From positions 1-20,109 of the forward strand of contig JAYPIC010000011.1 in NCBI GenBank assembly GCA_038127595.1: a stretch of DNA of 20,109 nt. Direction: 5' to 3'. The translations under genes were made by a program, and so were the position numbers. The first letter of the stretch is position 1. Each line of letters begins with the position of its first letter. Under the pieces are notes generated by a model. That model was given only the letters and a program-made list of their open reading frames with translations. It had not been told where the DNA came from and ran no database searches. The DNA comes from a bacterium (lineage in GTDB: Bacteria > Fidelibacterota > Marinisomatia > Marinisomatales > UBA1611). This document shows positions 7,973 through 15,823 of the stretch, one piece after another.

Positions 7973-10900
7973 CTATGGCAATCGTAGTAATACTCTATCA
8001 GGATTTTCAGTATATAACTGAGGAGTCTGTGGCAGGTTAGAATAAAGATTTTTAGTAGTATCAAGAACATTCTTTCGTATGTAATCATGTAATTCACCAA
8101 CAGTGATGACCTTATCTCCATTATCTGCATCGCCCTTAAGACCCTTCAACATATAATAAGTAAAAATCCCATTTTTTGCATCTGGATGATCATATGATCT
8201 TTCAGTTGTGTTTGCTGCGTAAAAGGTAGTAATGCCTTTTGGAGGAATAAGGTCAGCAGGGAAAATTGGTTTTTCCTCTTCTTGATTTTTTTTCTTCTTT
8301 TTCTTCTTTTTCTTTTTCTTTTTCTTATCTAATTCTGCCGCCTTTAAATTTTGCTTAAATCCTGAATTATTAAAATCAACATCCATAAATACAAAAATAT
8401 CGCCAATATTATCGATTTTATTTATTTCATTAAGCATTAAATAAAGATCTTTTATTTTGAAAAAAGAATGAATTTTATTCTGATCTGCATCATAAGGGAT
8501 GATACATTTATCTCCAGCTATTGTAGTTCCTTCTCCTGAATAGTATAACATTAGATCAACAGTGTCAATATTTGAATATTCTATTACCGATTGAACCTTA
8601 TCTTTTATGAAACCAAGATTTGGATTAAAAATTTCATTGAAATTGTTTATGGTTACCCCATTCTCAAATAACCAAAATTGAGACGGAATCATTTGATGAT
8701 TCTTCATTCCCAATAATTTATTATAATATTCTCTCACTATCTTTACATCTTCTTCAGATGACTCATTCCCCGGTATCTTTTCAGTCCAAAAATCCTTGTT
8801 ACCGATCACTACACCAATCATTTCTCTGGATGTATTCGCATCTGGAAGATCCAATAATAATTTATGATCTTTAGGTTTTTGCCCTGGTGGGGAAAAATCA
8901 TTAACTGCAACGTCTATTGCTTCTAAATCATCTCTACCTTTGTAATGTTTTAAGGTTTCTAATTGTAATGGGATGATCTTTCTTACATCAAAATAATCAT
9001 AATTATCAAAATATATTGTAAAACGGTCTTCTTTTGCTAAAAGCTCAAAACTAAAATCAAACCATGCTCCTCCAGGAACTAATCCAAATGTTTTAATTTC
9101 ATCTGGATCATTTTCAAATCCTTCACCTCTCCTAAAAGCAAGAACAGCAGTATCCGTTTTCCCAATCGATAAATTTTGAAATCTTACTGTTAGTGTTGTT
9201 GTCTCATTTTTAGGGATGTAATGATGACCAAATTCATTATCAATTGCAAAGTCAGATATGACAAGATTTGGAGGCACTACCGCTAGGGTAGGAAATGATA
9301 TAAGTTCAGGATCTAAGTCCATACCCGCATATTCATCAATTCTTATGTTAAATTTTCTTTCTCCTGTCTCAATCTTTAATTTTGCTGATATTGGAAAATT
9401 TATTGTTATAGAATCACCTACACCAAGAATAGGTATTGTTGCCACAGTATCAATTATCAGCGATGGCGTATTAGAGTAATCCAAAGGCTCTAAATATGGC
9501 TTTAATTCTCTTGCAGGACTACGGCCATCATTAACTACCTTTACAACTATTAAACCATTTTCTTTACCATCTAATATTTGATTATCAGATTGTTCAACAA
9601 AAAACTTCTCAACTAAAGTTAAATTAGGAGGAGGTAGTACCCATCCACACATTACAGGAGATAGTGGGCCTTCATCTCCATCTGCATCAATGGATGACAT
9701 TTTATAACAATATTCAGTATCAAACTCCAATCCTTTATGAATATAATAGCTGCTGGTGGTTTTTGTCATGAATTCTGTCTCGCCGTTATCTTTGTTATGA
9801 GAATAGATATTATATTGAACTGCCCCTAGCATTTCTTTCCATCTAAATATCACTCTTTTTACATCTCCGGTAAGTGTTAGACCTCTCGGGTAGTTAACTA
9901 ATACTTTAAAACACTCTTCATTTGAAGCTGGGCCCTCAGTTCCATGAGCGTCTTTCGCTGTTATTTTGTAACAGTAAAACTGGCCAGGGTCGACTATATC
10001 TACATAAAAAGTATCCGTTAGGTCTGCTAATAACAATCCATCTCTATAGACTTTGTATACATGGTCAATTCTTAAGGGCAATTGATTCCAGGTTAATGTA
10101 ACTTGTTTTAAATCTGCAGCTCCAGCCATTACAGGAGATGTGACCTCCTCATGAGTTCTAACTTTTACACTAACAATAGGACCATCATCACCATCCTGAT
10201 CAAAAGAAGCAATATCATACTGAAAATCTTTATCGTAATCGAGGTTTTCATCTAAGTAAGAAAAATCTTGTGTGGTTAAAATAAGTTCACCATTTCTATA
10301 TAGATGATAACCACTAACACCTTCAACAGACTTCCATTTAAAGTTGACTGTATTTCTCATGACCTCGGCGGTAAAGTTTGAAGGAGGAGCAAATTGGCCT
10401 TTTCCGCAGTGAGTTGATGATTGTTCACCTTCAGTTCCATATTGATCAGCTGCAGAAACAGAGTAACAGTACTCTTTCCCTGGAGCAACATTATCTGAAA
10501 AAGATGGCTTGTCAAAATCACCAAGATAGCTACCATTTCTAAAAACCTTGTAATAGGTTGCTACAGGGCTAAGGTCAGTCCAATTTAAATCAACAGCATT
10601 TACATTACCTTTAGCTGTTAAATCGGGAGTTCGCACCTCTGGATGAGTTGTTACAATCACATCTTCGGACAATGCACCCTCATCATTATCTGGATCAATA
10701 GAGTTAATACTAAATTTATACTCTTTACCCCACTCTAATGAATCAATGTAAATAAGATCCTCCTGTTTTGAAATCAGAACACTATCCCTGTAGATCGCAT
10801 ACTTTTCGACGTTTGGTATTGCGATCCATTCAAGGGTAACTACTCTACCACTACCTTCTGTTTTTAAAGCTCCCATTTTAATACTAGGCTTTAACGTTGG

Positions 10901-12760
10901 AAATTGATAGGATGATTTTTGTTTTTCTCTATTTGACTCAGGTCCTTCAAGGTCGTATAGATCCCATGCTCTTACATGATATTCATAAAATTTTCCAGGG
11001 GCAACATTATCTATATATTTTGTTTCTTTTATCTTTTCAGCCACCGGTTTATTATTTTTATAAACAGTGTAAGACTCAGCATGAGGCAAAGGTTTCCATT
11101 TTACTAAAACTCGTTGAACGCCTCTTTTTGCGACCATTTTTGGCCTTAACCCATCAGTGGACAAGTTTATATTCGGGCTTTCATCTTTGTTTTTAATTGT
11201 GATATTTATCCCACCATTCCCTGCATATTCACCATTGTTTCCATGACCATTTCCAAAAACCTTAATTTTATAGTCGCCTGAAATAATGCGATTTTCAAGG
11301 GTAAATTTCCCATTTGAACCTGCTGTATATTCTTCCCAAAGTACGTTCTTATCAGTATAAAGAAAAACTTTAGCTTCATCAATTTTTGGCTGGCCTTTCT
11401 CATTTATCAATTGACCTTTAATTTTAAATATCTTTGGCGTACTTTTCTTTTGAGGCTCTGACAGTGGACCCTCTAACCCATCATCTGACAACGAAGAAAT
11501 CTCATATGTATATTCTTCACCAAAATCCAAGTCTTTATCATGGTATTTTGTATTTTTAGAGTTTGTAAGAGATTTACCATTTCGATAAATATTATATGAA
11601 GCCGGACCATCAACTGCCTCCCATTCAATGTAAAGTGAATTCATTTCATCTGAATATTTTTCACCTAAGGTCAAAGAGATTTTCTCCGGCGGTGGAAACT
11701 GGGCTTTATCACAAGCAGGTACAGATTGAGGGCCCTCAGTGCCATATTTATCAACTGCAGATACTGTAAAACAATTCTCTGTTCCAGGTTCAGTTTTTGC
11801 AGTGTATTTAATGGTTTTTGTAGAATCTATTAAAGTTCCATTTTGATAGATTTTATAGATTACAGCAAGGTCATGCTCTGTCCACTCAAGATCAACTATA
11901 CTCTCTCCTGCTTCGGCTTTAATCTTTTTGATTTTTTTAACTTCTTTGTGGGTAGTCACTGATTTTGAACTAGATTTTGGTCCCTCCTCTTGATGGTGAT
12001 CAACAGAAACAATTGTATATGAGTACTCCTCATCAAATTTCAATTTATAATCAGAATACTCCAACTCTGTTGTTGTATTAATTAGATCATCGTCTCGGAA
12101 AATATTGTAGCTAGAGGCATTCGCTACAGGGCTCCATTCTAGAGATATAGCGTTCTTATTTGCAATTGCTTTGATATTAGCTGGAGATTGCAGTAAAGCT
12201 TTACCATACTCAGTTAAAGAACGAGTACTTTTCTGCCCACCATTATCAACAGCTGTAACATTGTAAGCATAAGATTTTCCGCCCTGTACTTTATCTTTGT
12301 AGGTGGGTTTTTTTATCTTTTTTAATTCAGTATTGTCCCTAAAAATAATATATTCACTTGCATCTTTAATCGGTTCCCACTTAAGCACTACATTCCCGAC
12401 CTCAGATTCTACTGTTAATTGTGGCTGTTTGTCATCTTGGCTAGTGAGAACCTCAAGTTTAGTTACAGATTTAGATCTAAGATCAATTTCTTTGGTAGCA
12501 CTATTTCCACCTGAACCATAAATATTGAGTGTATACTTTCCAGGCTTGATTTTTTTGAATTTAAATTTTCCATTACCTTTAGTTCGTTCTGTCTTAACAA
12601 GTTGGTAACTTGATGAATAAAGGGTCAATCTTGCATTTGAGACATTGTTTCCTGCTTCATCTTTTATTCTACCAGATATCTCAAAATTTTGAGCGGAAAG
12701 TAGATTTCCAATTACAAAAGTAATTAAAAATATTCTATAAAAATGACTTTTTAAATGCAT
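7973..12760 (-). CDS. Large secreted multidomain protein: 2 carboxypeptidase-regulatory-like domains, 10 FN3, 2 CARDB/Ig-like domains, C-terminal inactive caspase-like domain with poly-Lys insert; paralogue of 4963-7911
   Basis: Signal peptide ending LSA-Q; ISGRIKDEAG..GKFKFKKIKPGKYTL; ten W...Y.IYR.G...Y.Y.V...D..G.EG repeats; C14 landmarks GVVIGN, LYYSGEG, IIPYD, VFMDVD, NGIFTYYMLKGLKGDAD, TVGELHDYI, QTP. Confidence 0.8.
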   Translation of the reverse strand: MHLKSHFYRIFLITFVIGNLLSAQNFEISGRIKDEAGNNVSNARLTLYSSSYQLVKTERTKGNGKFKFKKIKPGKYTLNIYGSGGNSATKEIDLRSKSVTKLEVLTSQDDKQPQLTVESEVGNVVLKWEPIKDASEYIIFRDNTELKKIKKPTYKDKVQGGKSYAYNVTAVDNGGQKSTRSLTEYGKALLQSPANIKAIANKNAISLEWSPVANASSYNIFRDDDLINTTTELEYSDYKLKFDEEYSYTIVSVDHHQEEGPKSSSKSVTTHKEVKKIKKIKAEAGESIVDLEWTEHDLAVIYKIYQNGTLIDSTKTIKYTAKTEPGTENCFTVSAVDKYGTEGPQSVPACDKAQFPPPEKISLTLGEKYSDEMNSLYIEWEAVDGPASYNIYRNGKSLTNSKNTKYHDKDLDFGEEYTYEISSLSDDGLEGPLSEPQKKSTPKIFKIKGQLINEKGQPKIDEAKVFLYTDKNVLWEEYTAGSNGKFTLENRIISGDYKIKVFGNGHGNNGEYAGNGGINITIKNKDESPNINLSTDGLRPKMVAKRGVQRVLVKWKPLPHAESYTVYKNNKPVAEKIKETKYIDNVAPGKFYEYHVRAWDLYDLEGPESNREKQKSSYQFPTLKPSIKMGALKTEGSGRVVTLEWIAIPNVEKYAIYRDSVLISKQEDLIYIDSLEWGKEYKFSINSIDPDNDEGALSEDVIVTTHPEVRTPDLTAKGNVNAVDLNWTDLSPVATYYKVFRNGSYLGDFDKPSFSDNVAPGKEYCYSVSAADQYGTEGEQSSTHCGKGQFAPPSNFTAEVMRNTVNFKWKSVEGVSGYHLYRNGELILTTQDFSYLDENLDYDKDFQYDIASFDQDGDDGPIVSVKVRTHEEVTSPVMAGAADLKQVTLTWNQLPLRIDHVYKVYRDGLLLADLTDTFYVDIVDPGQFYCYKITAKDAHGTEGPASNEECFKVLVNYPRGLTLTGDVKRVIFRWKEMLGAVQYNIYSHNKDNGETEFMTKTTSSYYIHKGLEFDTEYCYKMSSIDADGDEGPLSPVMCGWVLPPPNLTLVEKFFVEQSDNQILDGKENGLIVVKVVNDGRSPARELKPYLEPLDYSNTPSLIIDTVATIPILGVGDSITINFPISAKLKIETGERKFNIRIDEYAGMDLDPELISFPTLAVVPPNLVISDFAIDNEFGHHYIPKNETTTLTVRFQNLSIGKTDTAVLAFRRGEGFENDPDEIKTFGLVPGGAWFDFSFELLAKEDRFTIYFDNYDYFDVRKIIPLQLETLKHYKGRDDLEAIDVAVNDFSPPGQKPKDHKLLLDLPDANTSREMIGVVIGNKDFWTEKIPGNESSEEDVKIVREYYNKLLGMKNHQMIPSQFWLFENGVTINNFNEIFNPNLGFIKDKVQSVIEYSNIDTVDLMLYYSGEGTTIAGDKCIIPYDADQNKIHSFFKIKDLYLMLNEINKIDNIGDIFVFMDVDFNNSGFKQNLKAAELDKKKKKKKKKKKKKNQEEEKPIFPADLIPPKGITTFYAANTTERSYDHPDAKNGIFTYYMLKGLKGDADNGDKVITVGELHDYIRKNVLDTTKNLYSNLPQTPQLYTENPDRVLLRLP
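8288..8326 (-). repeat. Poly-lysine tract, 13 consecutive AAG/AAA codons
   Basis: Read directly on the - strand: AAG AAA AAG AAA AAG AAA AAG AAG AAA AAG AAG AAA AAA. Confidence 0.95.
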
Positions 12761-12767
12761 CGATAGT

Positions 12768-12776
12768 ATTATATCA
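12768..12776 (-). promoter_or_regulatory. Putative extended -10 promoter (TGnTATAAT) placed for a leaderless transcript of the 1595-aa gene
   Basis: - strand TGATATAAT-actatcg-ATG; perfect consensus 7 nt before the start codon, no Shine-Dalgarno. The AT-rich background lowers confidence. Confidence 0.45.
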
Positions 12777-12939
12777 ATTTGATATTTTTTATTTTATTTA
12801 AAATTTTTTCCAAACAAAGGAATTTTCCTCGGTATTTGGACTCCGCTAATTTAACTATTTGCAACAAATAATTGGTTGCTAGGCAAGTTAAATATCTAAA
12901 ATATTAATTACAAGGTTTTAGAGTGATTTATATTGCAAC

Positions 12940-13515
12940 CTAATCTTTAAAATTATTGGGATCTATGGGTGCAAATTTTTGCCAAAATTGAACTGATTCA
13001 GCCCACTCATCGCTGCTATATTTAGCTTTGGTACCACCAATCAGTTCCAATTGATTCCTCATCATTGTAATTGGTCCCATTGGCATAGATTCAATACCCA
13101 TTGGGAGAGCATTTATACTTATAAGTTCCCATTCAGCATCTGTTGTATTTTCATCATTCTCATACAAAATATCATGATGATATAAAATCAAATCAACGCT
13201 ACCAGCTTTAATAAGCTTGCCATTCAAAGCTCTAATTTGAATATATGGTTCTTCATTTTCGCGTCTTTTTACATACTGTGCTGATAATTTTGTGCTTTTT
13301 GTAATCCTAACATATGGACATATAACTTTATTAACGTATTTTTTATCAAGCTTTACAATGATTACCTCAGGTCTGTAACCTTGTCTAAAATCCTTGTTAA
13401 TAATTTTTTGCTCAGCATGCCTAGCAAAAAAATCAAATGAAAGTTCTTCTGAATATGTTTTACCAGAGAACTTGGTTTGCCTTTTAACAAATTCATTTAC
13501 GGCTACAATCATCAC
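12940..13515 (-). CDS. DUF3228 family protein
   Basis: F..RQ near the N-terminus, GY.P, Y..RRENE.P, LILY, WELISI, PM.PITMMRN, GG, ESVQFWQKFA match the family pattern as I recall it. Start may be GTG 13515 or ATG 13512. Confidence 0.8.
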   Translation of the reverse strand: MMIVAVNEFVKRQTKFSGKTYSEELSFDFFARHAEQKIINKDFRQGYRPEVIIVKLDKKYVNKVICPYVRITKSTKLSAQYVKRRENEEPYIQIRALNGKLIKAGSVDLILYHHDILYENDENTTDAEWELISINALPMGIESMPMGPITMMRNQLELIGGTKAKYSSDEWAESVQFWQKFAPIDPNNFKD

Positions 13516-13575
13516 GTAATTTAAAATGTTATATTGTTGCAGAATGTTAAAAAAAACAAATAATTTGATTTATAA

Positions 13576-15036
13576 ATGATTGATTTAATTCATTATTTTA
13601 AAACAATCCCATGGGAACTGTTGGGCATATTTTTTCTATCAATAATAATTTTAATTTTTTTAAGTGAATACAGTTATAGATATGACCTTCTCGAGCCAAA
13701 TTTAAACAGAAAGATAATACATTCTGTGGTTGGAATAGCAGTATCATTCAGTCCTTTCATTTTTTTATCAAATATCCAACCTTTAATTCTTGCAGTAACA
13801 TTTTTATTTATTAATCTTTTTAGCTACAAACAAAATAAATTAAAAAGTTTTCACAACTTAAATAGAAAAACACTAGGAACTATATTCTTCCCACTGGGAT
13901 TCATTATAATTGCTTCGCTTTTCTGGGAACAAAAATATAGCATTGCCTGCTCTTTTATGATATTGGCGGTCTCTGATCCTTTATCATCATTAGCTGGGGA
14001 AAATATAAAAAAACCACATAAATATAATATATGGAAAGATGTTAAATCATATGAAGGGTCAGCGATTATGTTTTTGAGTACCTTCATAATTTTAATTTTA
14101 TTTTCAAAATCTATATTTTATCAATTTGATACCCTTGAATCTTTTTTAGCAATAATACTAAGCTGCTTTGCCATTACAATTGCTGAGGCGATGAGCATAA
14201 AAGGTTCAGATAATATATCAATACCTATAGTAGCATTCTTATTCATAGAAATCTTCAATATAGTAAACATGAAAAATTTTATTATCGGGTTTTCATTTAT
14301 GATCGTTTTAATAGCAATTGTACTCTTTCATTTTTACAAGAGAAAACATTTGTCACTAGATGGGTTTTTAAGCTCTACTTTGATGGCAGGATTAATTTTG
14401 GGTTTTGGCGGTCTAAAATATGTTTTACCAATTACGATATTTTTTATATCGTCAACTTTATTATCAAAAACAGGACCTAAAAGTTTGAATAAATCAAAAA
14501 GTGGTAGAAATGTAAATCAAGTATTTGCAAATGGTGGCGTAGGGCTAGTTTTATGTGTTTTTAATCATTTTTATCAAACAGAGGTTATATACTATATGTA
14601 TCTAGCATCAATAGCAGCAGCGAATTCTGATACATGGGCCACAGAAATCGGTAAATTATCAAAAACAAGACCTAAAGATATAATTTCTGGTCGAAGTCTT
14701 TCGCGAGGAGAGTCAGGAGGAATTACTTTTATTGGATTACTGGGATCTATTTCTGGCTCTTTTGTAATAACTACTATTGGTTATTTCCTAAATATAAATA
14801 CTTCATACTTAATTATAGTGTTTATATCTGGCTTTCTGGGTTCACTATTTGATTCAATATTAGGAAGCACCTTACAATCCAGATTTATTTTAATAGATGG
14901 AAAAACAATCAAAGAAGAAAAAGAGCAAAATAGTTATCATTATTCTGGATTACTTTTTATTAATAACAACAGCGTAAACTTTTTATGCACTTTATCAGCA
15001 CCAATATTTTTTATTTTAATGTACTTGATTGCATAA
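13576..15036 (+). CDS. Fused phytol/dolichol kinase-like (VTE5-type) and DUF92/TMEM19 (VTE6-type) integral membrane protein
   Basis: N-half: RKIIH, GTIFFP, AVSDPLSSLAG, KSYEGS, AEA...GSDNISIP. C-half: GRNVNQVFANGG, AAANSDTWATEIG, GESGGITFIG, GSLFDSILGSTLQ, NNSVN. Many transmembrane segments. Confidence 0.85.
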   Translation: MIDLIHYFKTIPWELLGIFFLSIIILIFLSEYSYRYDLLEPNLNRKIIHSVVGIAVSFSPFIFLSNIQPLILAVTFLFINLFSYKQNKLKSFHNLNRKTLGTIFFPLGFIIIASLFWEQKYSIACSFMILAVSDPLSSLAGENIKKPHKYNIWKDVKSYEGSAIMFLSTFIILILFSKSIFYQFDTLESFLAIILSCFAITIAEAMSIKGSDNISIPIVAFLFIEIFNIVNMKNFIIGFSFMIVLIAIVLFHFYKRKHLSLDGFLSSTLMAGLILGFGGLKYVLPITIFFISSTLLSKTGPKSLNKSKSGRNVNQVFANGGVGLVLCVFNHFYQTEVIYYMYLASIAAANSDTWATEIGKLSKTRPKDIISGRSLSRGESGGITFIGLLGSISGSFVITTIGYFLNINTSYLIIVFISGFLGSLFDSILGSTLQSRFILIDGKTIKEEKEQNSYHYSGLLFINNNSVNFLCTLSAPIFFILMYLIA

Positions 15037-15062
15037 AAAAAGGGCTTTTGAAAAGCCCTTTT
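15035..15062. terminator. Bidirectional intrinsic terminator
   Basis: AAAAAAAGGGCTTTT-G-AAAAGCCCTTTT inverted repeat between convergent genes; A7 on the left (U7 for the - strand), T4 on the right. Confidence 0.85.
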
Positions 15063-15089
15063 CTATGATAGTTTGTGATTTAGATTTAA

Positions 15090-15323
15090 CTAAATCACTT
15101 TATATACTAATAAACCGACCATGACAATTAGGGATATAAAAATTAAAGAAACACCAATATTTCCTTTTTTAATTTCCTCCCATTCGTCAATATCAGTTGA
15201 CAAGTAATCAAAGACCTTCAAAGCAATCCCTACTCCAAAAGCAAATCCAACTGCAGCAGTTACTGACCAGCCAACTGCTCGCAAATATTGTAATAAAGTT
15301 TCTTCTAATCCTAGGCCAATCAT
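15090..15323 (-). CDS. DUF350 family small membrane protein
   Basis: Two hydrophobic helices around VFDYLSTDIDEWEEIKKGNIGVS; GGAG Shine-Dalgarno 5 nt upstream of ATG. Confidence 0.85.
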   Translation of the reverse strand: MIGLGLEETLLQYLRAVGWSVTAAVGFAFGVGIALKVFDYLSTDIDEWEEIKKGNIGVSLIFISLIVMVGLLVYKVI

Positions 15324-15332
15324 ATTTTCTCC

Positions 15333-15782
15333 TTATGATGTTTGTAAATCAATTTTTTGCATAAACTCTGAAGAGTCTAAAGTACCAGCAGCAAGCTGAA
15401 TAGCATCATCAGATGAGCATTTTGCCTCAAATACCATCGTTTCTCCTTTAGATGCAGGTACATTGACTCTGATACTAATTTCTTTGGGGACATATGCATT
15501 TGAAAGTCCAAGACTATTTTGGTGGGATACTGCCTGCCCTGCTGAGGCGAATCCAACAAGCATGACCATCTCAAAATTATTTCTATTACTTTCTAGCGTT
15601 AACGAAAACAACTCGCTATCAAAATCCATGGCAGAAGCATTAACTGAAACTCTATAAGATGAACATACGCTTTTTATCTTCTTTTTGAATGCATAGTTCG
15701 CAAATGCAAAATTCAAAGCAATTGTAAATGAAAAAGTAAGAATTGCTATATATCTAATTATTATTTGTGAATTTCTCTTCAT
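15333..15782 (-). CDS. Hypothetical exported protein
   Basis: 149-aa ORF inside an operon-like run; basic N-terminus, hydrophobic stretch and AFA-N signal peptidase-like site; two Cys; no recognised family. Confidence 0.7.
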   Translation of the reverse strand: MKRNSQIIIRYIAILTFSFTIALNFAFANYAFKKKIKSVCSSYRVSVNASAMDFDSELFSLTLESNRNNFEMVMLVGFASAGQAVSHQNSLGLSNAYVPKEISIRVNVPASKGETMVFEAKCSSDDAIQLAAGTLDSSEFMQKIDLQTS

Positions 15783-15823
15783 GGATAGCTATAAATTAAT
15801 CTTAAGAAATCATTCAACAAATA

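Noticed and set aside
4963..8830. Active caspase-based anti-phage or cell-death system
   Set aside because: Both dyads are lost, both proteins carry export signals, and there is no gasdermin, TIR, NLR, CHAT or CRISPR partner in the window.
9600..12450. Recurring GGGCCCTCAGT/GGACCCTC-like motifs as DNA repeats or a CRISPR array
   Set aside because: They encode the conserved EGP motif of FN3 repeats inside a CDS; the spacing is domain-sized and the copies are degenerate.
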